Source: Candidatus Methylomirabilota bacterium (GTDB lineage Bacteria > Methylomirabilota > Methylomirabilia > Rokubacteriales > CSP1-6). From it: a stretch of DNA of 10,374 nt. Positions 1-10,374 of this stretch are shown here, in pieces. The stretch is from contig JBKPAK010000126.1 in the NCBI GenBank assembly GCA_046726415.1, forward strand, positions 1-10,374. The letters run 5' to 3'. How positions within the stretch are numbered: position 1 is the stretch's first letter; every line of letters starts with the position of its first letter. The translations under genes were made by a program, and so were the position numbers. Below the pieces are notes generated by a model, which had not been told where the DNA came from, did no database searches, and saw nothing but the letters and a program-made list of their open reading frames with translations.

Positions 1-72
1 GAGATCTATCGCGTGCTGCAGATCCCGGACGAGGTCATGAAGCCGGTCAAGACCTGGACGACCAGCCGATAG
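1..72 (+). CDS. 3' end of a CDS truncated by the window edge (EIYRVLQIPDEVMKPVKTWTTSR*); probable IS1634-family transposase C-terminus
   Basis: Frame 1 is open from base 1 to TAG at 70-72 with GC3-rich codons. The peptide resembles the C-terminal tails I recall for IS1634-type transposases and is followed by an IS-like end. Only 23 aa are visible. Confidence 0.5.
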   Translation, partial: EIYRVLQIPDEVMKPVKTWTTSR

Positions 73-137
73 TGACGCAACGAGCTCGCAACTCCCCGGA
101 ATCGCAGCATTCTAATCCGCCGACCGTGGAAGTTGGG
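1..137 (+). mobile_element. Probable right end of an insertion sequence (IS1634-like), ending ...GTGGAAGTTGGG and followed by CTAA
   Basis: The stop sits in TAGTGAC, followed by a short spacer, GGAAGTTGGG (128-137) and CTAA (138-141). This layout matches IS1634-like ends as I recall them. The left end is outside the window, so the inverted repeat and target duplication cannot be verified. Confidence 0.45.
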
Positions 138-158
138 CTAACCGGGCGGCGCGGGCGG

Positions 159-956
159 TCAGCGCTCGACCAGCGACGCCGTGAGCCGCGCGAACTCCTC
201 GAGGTCGAGCGTTTCCGCGCGCCGGGCCGGATTGATCCCGGCGCCCACCAGAATTTCCCGCGTCCGCCCGGTCGAGAGCGACAGGCTCGCCGCGAGCGCA
301 TTGCCCAGCATCTTCCGGCGCTGGGCGAAGGCGGCTCGCACGATTGTCCGAAAGTGCCCCTCGTCGGCCACCGCCACGCGGGGCTGCGGCAGCACCGTGA
401 GCTTCACCACTGCCGATTCCACCTTGGGGGGGGGCCGGAAGGCGCCCGGTGGCACGCGCAGGATCACGCGGGCGTCACACCCGAGCTGAACCAGGACCGA
501 GAGGCTCCCGTAACTCCGGCTGCCCGGGGCGGCGGCCACGCGCTCCGCCACCTCGCGCTGAAGCATCACCACCATCTCGTCGATGGCCTCGCGCGCCTCC
601 ACCAGCGCCACGAGAATCGCCGTTCCGACGCTGTAGGGCAGGTTCCCGACGATCAGCACGCGCCCCCCCAAGGGACGCCGGATCGCCGCGTAGTCCCAGC
701 GCTGCGCGTCGGCCTCCACCACCTCGACGCCGGGAAACCGCGTTCGCAGCGAAGAGACCAGTGAGCGATCGATCTCGAGGGCCATCAGATGCCCGGCGCG
801 TCGCGCCAGCTCTGCGGTGAGGGCTCCCTCGCCAGGGCCGATCTCGACCACGAGATCGGAGGGGCGCGGGGCGACGGTATCGACAATGGCCCGCGCGATG
901 CCGGCGTCGCGAAGGAAGTGCTGGCCGAGGGCGCGCCGGCGGGGCCGCGCGGTCAC
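159..956 (-). CDS. rsmA: 16S rRNA (adenine-N6,N6)-dimethyltransferase RsmA/KsgA, 265 aa
   Basis: Motifs LGQHFL, VVEIGPGEGALT (SAM binding), GNLPY, MLQREVAER, FRPPPKVES, FAQRRKML and RRAETL. The GTG start overlaps the coaE stop (GTGA, 953-956). Confidence 0.97.
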   Translation of the reverse strand: MTARPRRRALGQHFLRDAGIARAIVDTVAPRPSDLVVEIGPGEGALTAELARRAGHLMALEIDRSLVSSLRTRFPGVEVVEADAQRWDYAAIRRPLGGRVLIVGNLPYSVGTAILVALVEAREAIDEMVVMLQREVAERVAAAPGSRSYGSLSVLVQLGCDARVILRVPPGAFRPPPKVESAVVKLTVLPQPRVAVADEGHFRTIVRAAFAQRRKMLGNALAASLSLSTGRTREILVGAGINPARRAETLDLEEFARLTASLVER

Positions 957-1591
957 CGCGCGGGGGCGGCCCGCCGCGCGCGCAATTCGGCCAGGAGCGC
1001 GGCATGGACGCGCTGCGTCTGAGCCTCGGTGGCTGAGCGATCGCCGGCGTTGTCGATGACGTAGTCGGCAAGCTTGGCCTTGTCCGCCACGGGCATCTGA
1101 CTCGCCATCTTGCGCTCCGCGTCGCCCTCGTCGACGCCGTCGCGCTCCCGCAGCCGCTCGCGCTGGGTGACCTCGTCGGTGGCGACCACGACCAGGCGGT
1201 CCATCTTCCGGTAGTTGCCGCTCTCGATCATCACGGGGGCGTCGAAGATCACGATACCCTCGAATCCCAGGGCGGTCAGCTCGTGCAATTGCTCGGCGAA
1301 GCGCTGGCGAATGCGAGGATGCGTGATCGCCTCCAGCCGCCGCCGCCGCGCCGGATCCGCAAACACGATGGCGCCAAGCCGCTTGCGATCGAGCGTGCCG
1401 TCTGGCTGCACCACGTCCTGGCCGAACTCCGCGACGATATCCCGGTACGCGGCCTCCCCCGGCTTCACCACTTCACGCGCCAGCACATCGGCGTCGATAA
1501 TCACGCACCCCAGGTCCCGAAACATCGCCGACACTGTGCTCTTCCCCGTCGCGATCCCCCCGGTGAGCCCCACCAGCAAGAACGGCCGCAT
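953..1591 (-). CDS. coaE: Dephospho-CoA kinase, 212 aa (ATG at 1591; the upstream 151 codons of the ORF-track call are not part of the protein)
   Basis: Begins MRPFLLVGLTGGIATGKSTV (P-loop), then IIDAD, LDRKRL, ITHPRI, SQMP and ADYVIDN. Length is typical of CoaE. Confidence 0.96.
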   Translation of the reverse strand: MRPFLLVGLTGGIATGKSTVSAMFRDLGCVIIDADVLAREVVKPGEAAYRDIVAEFGQDVVQPDGTLDRKRLGAIVFADPARRRRLEAITHPRIRQRFAEQLHELTALGFEGIVIFDAPVMIESGNYRKMDRLVVVATDEVTQRERLRERDGVDEGDAERKMASQMPVADKAKLADYVIDNAGDRSATEAQTQRVHAALLAELRARRAAPAR

Positions 1592-1597
1592 GCCTAG

Positions 1598-1866
1598 CCG
1601 CGGTGACTTGTGAACGACCGTAACCGAGAGCTGGGCGGGCAGCACCCGATCCCCCGGGCGAGGGCCTGACCCACCATGACCGTGAGCCGGCCGGGTGGCG
1701 CCGTGGATGGTTCTGCGAGCGTCCGCAGCGTCGGTGAATTCCGGGTGACTCCGGTTGCCCTTGCCCGGCTGTTCGAGGAGTGCTTCGAGCGAGGACGTCG
1801 GCAGAGCCACCCACGGCGACAGGACCCGGCCGCCTCGCGCTCGAGATCGTTCATCGGCAGCTCCAC
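1598..1866. mobile_element. Putative MITE-like / highly structured 269-bp insertion between polA and coaE
   Basis: Flanked by the direct repeat GCCTAG (1592-1597 and 1867-1872). Imperfect inverted ends CTAGCCGCGG-N7-TGAACGA (1594-1617) and TCGTTCA-N9-CCACGCCTAG (1847-1872). Long internal inverted repeats. Removing the insert plus one repeat leaves polA TAG-GC-ATG coaE. Confidence 0.55.
1681..1839 (+). repeat. Long imperfect inverted repeat (hairpin with a branched apex) inside the polA-coaE element
   Basis: CGTGAG 1681-1686 pairs with CTCGCG 1834-1839. CGGCCGGGT 1688-1696 pairs with ACCCGGCCG 1824-1832. CGCCGTGGATGGTTCTGC 1699-1716 pairs with GCAGAGCCACCCACGGCG 1801-1818 (16/18 Watson-Crick). 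CGTCC 1720-1724 pairs with GGACG 1793-1797. Apical hairpins at 1741-1768 and 1771-1790. Confidence 0.85.
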
Positions 1867-1868
1867 GC

Positions 1869-4451
1869 CTAGACCTGCGACCAGTCAGACCCGGTCTTGA
1901 CGTCGACCACCACCGGGACGTCGAGCGGGAGAGCGTCGGCCATGATCTCGCTGGCCAGGCGCTCGACCTCCGAAACCTCGTCGGCCGGCGCCTCGAAGAG
2001 CAGCTCGTCGTGCACCTGGAGCAGCATGCGCGCGGCCAAGCCACGCGCCTGGAGGGCCTCGTGCACGCGAACCATCGCGATCTTGATCATGTCGCTGGCC
2101 GTGCCCTGCACCGGCGCGTTCATGGCCATCCGCTCGGCCGCATTGCGCGCCACCGGGTTCGTGGACTTGAGATCCGGCAGATAGCGTCGGCGGCCAAGCA
2201 GCGTGGTGACGTAGCCGCGCTCGCGTCCCTCCGCGACCGTGCGGTCGATGAACGCGCGCACGCGAGGGTGCATCGCGAAGTACTCGTTGATGTAGCGCTG
2301 GGCTTCCTTCTGGTCGATCTTGGTGGCCTGGGAAAGGCCGAAGGCGGAGACTCCGTACAGGATGGCGAAGTTGGCGCTCTTGGCGATGGTGCGCTGAAGC
2401 GGGGTGACCTCCTCGGGTGGGACTTTGAACACCTCGGCGGCCGTGCGGCGGTGAATGTCCTCCCCGCGCTGGAAGGATGCGATGATGGCCGGCTCCCCCG
2501 AAAGGTGCGCGAAGATTCGCAGCTCGATCTGGGAGTAGTCGGCGGCCACGAAGCGCCAACCCTCCTCGGGAATGAAGGCGGCCCGGATCCGGCGGCCCAG
2601 TTCCGTCCGGATGGGAATGTTCATGAGGTTGGGATCCTGCGAGCTGAGGCGTCCGGTGGCGGCTACCAGCTGATTGAAGGTCGTGTGGATCCGCCCCGTG
2701 TCGCGGTTCACCAGGACGGGTAAGGCGTCGGCGTACGTCCCCTTCAGCTTGGAGAGCGTTCGGTGCTCGAGCACCTTGGCCGGCAGCGGATGTCCGAGGC
2801 TGAGGTCGGTCAGCACGTCGACGTCGGTCGAGTAGCCGGTCTTGGTCCGGCGGGCCCGCGGCAGCTTGAGCTTCTCGAACAGGATGTGGGCAAGCTGCTT
2901 GGGGGAGGCGATGGTGAACTCCTCGCCAGCCAAGGCGTAGATCTCGCGCGTCAGATTGTCGAGCTGGCGCTCCAGTTCTTTCGCGAAGTCCTCCAGGCGG
3001 CGGGGGTCGACGCGGATGCCATGGCACTCCATGAGCGCGAGCACTGGCACCAGGGGCCGCTCGATGTCCTCGTAGATCCGGAGAAGATCGCGGGCCTCCA
3101 GCTCCGCGCGCGCGTGCTCCCAGTAGCGCCAGACCCACTGTGCGCGCGCGCCCAGCACCGCGTTCAGGTCGCCATCCGCGGCGCCCGCACCCGGAGCGGG
3201 CATCGACGGCGGGCACGACCCGAACGCCTCCATGCAGATCTCGTCGAGGCGGTACGTCTGACGCGCGGGATTGAGGAGGTATGAGGCCACCGCGCTGTCC
3301 TCCACGCGTCCCTGGCGGGCGCCGGAGGCCAGCCACCACTCGGCGACGGGCTTGGCGTCGTGGACGACCAACTCACGCGCGCCGAGCGCCGCCGTCAGGA
3401 CTTCCGCCGGCGCCGCCGCGGCGCCGATTTGGGGATGAAACAGCGCGGCCGCGAGCATGCGCGGAGCGGGTGGCCGGCTCTCGCCCGCCCACTCCAGCGC
3501 GAGTGGCGCGTCCGCGGGCGCGCCCCCGAGCCACGCCGCGAAGGTCTCGGGCGTCGTCAGCATGTCTACCGGCTCCGCTCTCGTCTCGACCTTCAGGACC
3601 GGAAGCTCCTTGACGAGCCGGGTGAACTCCATCTCCATCCACAGCGCCCGAAGCCTGACCCAGTCTGGCTCCACCCGTCGGAACGCCTCGAGGTCGAAGG
3701 CCAACGGCACGGAGTGCGACAGTACCGCCAGCTCTCGCGAGAGCACGGCCTGCTTGCGCTGGGTGGCCAAGGTCTCGCGGAGCTTGCCGGAAACGAGCGA
3801 GAGGTTCTCGTACAGCCGCTCTACGCTGCCGAACTGGCTGATCAGCTTGACCGCGGTTTTCTCCCCCACCCCTTTCACGCCGGGAATGTTGTCGATGGTG
3901 TCGCCCATGAGGGCGAGCACATCGGCGATCTGACCGGGATCCACACCCCAGCGCTCCCGCACCTTGGCCTCGTCGTAGACTACGCGTTCACCGGTTCGAC
4001 CCAACACGGACAAGGCGCGCACGCCCGGGCCGACGAGCTGCAGCAGATCCTTGTCCCCACTGACGACGGTGATATCGACGCTGTGAGCGCGCGCGTGGTC
4101 CACCAAGGTGGCCAGCACGTCGTCCGCCTCGAACCCCGCCACCTCTATCACAGGCACGCGCAGGGCTTCGAACAATCGCCGCACATAGGGAAGCTGCTGG
4201 ACCAGGTCGTTGGGCATCGATGTCCGGGTGGCCTTGTACTCGGCGAAAAGGTTGTCCCGGAACGTTGGACCCGGCGGGTCCCAGGCGATCCCCAGGTAGT
4301 CGGGCTGCTCCTCGCGAATGAGCTTCCACAGCATCGTGCTCAGGATGAGCACGGCATGAGTGGGGACGCCTTTCGATGTGGAGAGGAAGCCCACCGCGTG
4401 GTAAGCGCGAAAGAGATGCGAATGCCCGTCGACGATGTAAAAGCTCGGCAT
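1869..4451 (-). CDS. polA: DNA polymerase I, 860 aa (5'-3' nuclease, degenerate 3'-5' exonuclease-like domain, family A polymerase)
   Basis: 5' nuclease motifs VDGHSHLFRAYHA, FEADD, SGDKD and GDTIDNIPGVKGVGEKTA. Polymerase motifs TGRLSSQDPNL, ADYSQIELR (A), RTIAKSANFAILYG (B) and LQVHDELLF (C). Confidence 0.98.
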   Translation of the reverse strand: MPSFYIVDGHSHLFRAYHAVGFLSTSKGVPTHAVLILSTMLWKLIREEQPDYLGIAWDPPGPTFRDNLFAEYKATRTSMPNDLVQQLPYVRRLFEALRVPVIEVAGFEADDVLATLVDHARAHSVDITVVSGDKDLLQLVGPGVRALSVLGRTGERVVYDEAKVRERWGVDPGQIADVLALMGDTIDNIPGVKGVGEKTAVKLISQFGSVERLYENLSLVSGKLRETLATQRKQAVLSRELAVLSHSVPLAFDLEAFRRVEPDWVRLRALWMEMEFTRLVKELPVLKVETRAEPVDMLTTPETFAAWLGGAPADAPLALEWAGESRPPAPRMLAAALFHPQIGAAAAPAEVLTAALGARELVVHDAKPVAEWWLASGARQGRVEDSAVASYLLNPARQTYRLDEICMEAFGSCPPSMPAPGAGAADGDLNAVLGARAQWVWRYWEHARAELEARDLLRIYEDIERPLVPVLALMECHGIRVDPRRLEDFAKELERQLDNLTREIYALAGEEFTIASPKQLAHILFEKLKLPRARRTKTGYSTDVDVLTDLSLGHPLPAKVLEHRTLSKLKGTYADALPVLVNRDTGRIHTTFNQLVAATGRLSSQDPNLMNIPIRTELGRRIRAAFIPEEGWRFVAADYSQIELRIFAHLSGEPAIIASFQRGEDIHRRTAAEVFKVPPEEVTPLQRTIAKSANFAILYGVSAFGLSQATKIDQKEAQRYINEYFAMHPRVRAFIDRTVAEGRERGYVTTLLGRRRYLPDLKSTNPVARNAAERMAMNAPVQGTASDMIKIAMVRVHEALQARGLAARMLLQVHDELLFEAPADEVSEVERLASEIMADALPLDVPVVVDVKTGSDWSQV

Positions 4452-4460
4452 GGACTAGTT

Positions 4461-4498
4461 GACGTTGGGAAGAGCGCGCGCCGCTCCTCCCCGACATC
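4461..4498 (-). promoter_or_regulatory. Stem-loop in the glnE-polA intergenic region (polA 5' leader)
   Basis: On the mRNA strand, GGGAGGAGCG-gcgcg-CGCUCUUCCC (4491-4467) forms a 10-bp stem with one G-U. It is extended by GAUGU (4498-4494) pairing with ACGUC (4465-4461). No U-tract follows. Confidence 0.5.
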
Positions 4499-4538
4499 CT
4501 CCACTGGGTTCCCGATACATTGAAGTTCTCACGAGATA

Positions 4539-8755
<4,217 letters not shown>

Positions 8756-8759
<4 letters not shown>

Positions 8760-10168
8760 GTGGTCCGAGCCTCCGCGACGGCCTGAGCGCGCTGCAGCCG
8801 CGCAAGCACCTCGTCGCGGCCGACAAGGGCCAGAACGTCGAAGATCGGCGGGGAGGCCGTGCGTCCGGTCACGGCGAGCCGGGCGAGCTGGGCCAGGTCC
8901 ACCAGCTTGAGCCCCATCTCAGCGGCGAGCGTGCGCACCGCATGCTCGAGGGCGGCCGGGGTGAACTCCTCGAGCTGGGTCAGGGAGGCGATGAGACAGA
9001 CGAGCCGGCGCGCTCCTTCCGGAGTGAAGAGCTTCGTCGAGGCCTTAGCCTCGTACGTCGCCGGAGCCTCGAAGTAAAAGCGCGCCTGCTCTACCAGCTC
9101 CGCCAAGGTCTTGGCGCGCTCCTTCAAGGTGTCGGCCACGCGGGCGAGCCAGGCATCGTCGGCGCCCTCACCCAGGCCTGCCGCGGTCAGGAAGGGCCGC
9201 AGCCGCGCCGCCAGCTCTGCGCCGGGCATGGTCTTCAAGTAGTGCTGGGACAGCCACTCGAGCTTGGTGATGTCGAAGATCGCCCCCGAGGCGCCGACGC
9301 CCTTGATGTCGAAGAGCGCCGCCAGCTCTTCGCGCGAGAAGATCTCCTGGTCGCCGTGGGACCAGCCCAGGCGCGCCAGATAGTTGACCATGGCCTCGGG
9401 GAGAATGCCGGCGTCCCGAAACGCCTGCACCGACGTGGCACCGTGGCGCTTGGACAGGCGGCTTCGATCCGCGCCGAGGACCATGGGGACGTGCGCGAAG
9501 GCAGGCGCGGTGTAGTCGAGGGCCTCGTAGCAGAGGATCTGCTTGGGCGTGTTCGACAGGTGATCGTCCGCGCGGATGACGTGGCTGATCCGCATGGTGA
9601 CGTCGTCGACGACCACACAGAAGTTGTAAGTCGGGGTGCCGTCGGTTCGCACGAGGATCCAGTCGTCGAGTTGCTGGTGGTCGAAGGTCACAGTGCCGTG
9701 GATGAGGTCGTCCACGACCGTGGCTCCGGCCTCCGGAAGCTTCAAGCGCAGAGCCCCTGCGGTCAGCCCACGCTCCCGGCAACGGCCCGAGTAACGGAAG
9801 GTCTCACCGCGCTGTTGAGCCTTCTCGCGCTCCCGGTCGAGCAGCGCTGGTGAGCAATCGCAATAGTAGGCGCGGGCGGCGCGCCGCAGGCGTGCCGCGT
9901 GCTCGGCGTAGATCTCGAGGCGCTCTGTCTGGCGGTATCCGGTGGTCGGCGGGCCCTCGTCCCAGTCGAGGCCAAGCCATTGCAGGGCCTCGATGATCGA
10001 ACCGATGTTCTCCTCGGTGGAGCGAGAGCGATCCGTGTCCTCGATGCGGAGGATGAACTGCCCGCCATGGCGGCGGGCGAAAAGCCAGTTGAAGAGGGCG
10101 GTCCGCGCTCCGCCCACGTGGAGGTGCCCGGTGGGACTCGGCGCGAAGCGAACACGGACCGGCTTCAT
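8756..10168 (-). CDS. gltX: Glutamate--tRNA ligase, 470 aa (ATG at 10168)
   Basis: VRVRFAPSPTGHLHVGGARTALFN (HIGH motif), LRIEDTD, YYCDCS...YSGRCR (Zn-site-like), HVIRADDHLSNTPKQ, RLSKRH (KMSKS-like) and a C-terminal anticodon-binding domain (RLAVTGRTASP). Confidence 0.97.
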
Positions 10169-10175
10169 CGCTTGA

Positions 10176-10181
10176 AGTGTA
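10176..10181 (-). promoter_or_regulatory. Possible -10 element (TACACT) 7 nt upstream of the gltX ATG
   Basis: The minus strand reads GAGGG-TACACT-TCAAGCG-ATG, which fits TAnnnT. No recognisable -35. Confidence 0.35.
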
Positions 10182-10194
10182 CCCTCTTTGGAGT

Positions 10195-10374
10195 TTGGAG
10201 GGGGCGCGACGCCCCCTCCAATCCTCCCCCGCCGCGCGGCGGGCGACGGCGCGCTCATCCAACCTCGACTGGGTTCTTGGCGGGGGCGCGACGCCCCGCA
10301 TTTCCAGCGCCGGCCCTGCCGGCGCAGTCGCGTGTGACACCCCGCGCGCTTGGGGGGTTTGGGGGGGCCTAGGC
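10195..10374. repeat. Cluster of GC-rich palindromic (REP/MITE-like) repeats, truncated at the window edge
   Basis: Perfect 12-bp stem TTGGAGGGGGCG-cga-CGCCCCCTCCAA (10195-10221). 16-bp palindrome CCCGCCGCGCGGCGGG (10228-10243). GGGGGCGCGACGCCCC occurs at both 10200-10215 and 10282-10297. 8-bp stem GCGCCGGC-cct-GCCGGCGC (10307-10325). A G-rich unit starts at 10350. Confidence 0.8.

Noticed and set aside
1598-1866. Insert as SRP/6S/tmRNA/RNase P RNA, a mutM remnant, or an IS110 bridge RNA
   Set aside because: No SRP GGAA-loop motif, tRNA-like ends or RNase P consensus, and no MutM-like peptide in the listed frames. I found no loop sequences matching the flanking target, and there is no recombinase in the window.
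1592-2044. 151-aa N-terminal extension of CoaE in the ORF track
   Set aside because: It overlaps the polA 3' end in another frame and crosses the insert. CoaE homology starts at MRPFLLVGLTGG (1591).
4461-4498. Intrinsic terminator after glnE
   Set aside because: The stem has no following U-tract and lies just upstream of polA, so it is kept only as a leader structure.
10169-10258. 30-aa N-terminal extension of GltX
   Set aside because: It simply reads through the palindromic repeat. Homology begins at MKPVRVRFAPSP.
10195-10297. CRISPR array
   Set aside because: Only two ~21-bp copies, an intervening segment that is itself palindromic and ~61 bp long, and no cas genes or AT-rich leader.

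Overview
GC-rich bacterial DNA dominated by a minus-strand housekeeping cluster, in transcription order gltX - histidine-phosphatase family gene - P-II (glnB) - glnE - polA - coaE - rsmA(ksgA). The window opens with the last 23 codons and probable right end of an IS (IS1634-like, by recognition only) converging on rsmA, and closes with a cluster of GC-rich palindromic repeats upstream of gltX. The most unusual feature is a ~270-bp element between polA and coaE. It is bracketed by a GCCTAG direct repeat, has imperfect inverted ends and folds into an extensive multi-stem structure whose G-U pairs favour the + (antisense) strand. It is a candidate non-autonomous mobile element and/or undescribed structured RNA. 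Second, glnE appears to start at a non-canonical CTG that overlaps the glnB stop (CTGA), suggesting translational coupling to P-II. Also noted: a PolA with a degenerate proofreading domain, a hairpin-containing polA leader, a possibly leaderless gltX and a C9 tract in rsmA. All calls come from reading motifs by eye; no searches or folding programs were run.
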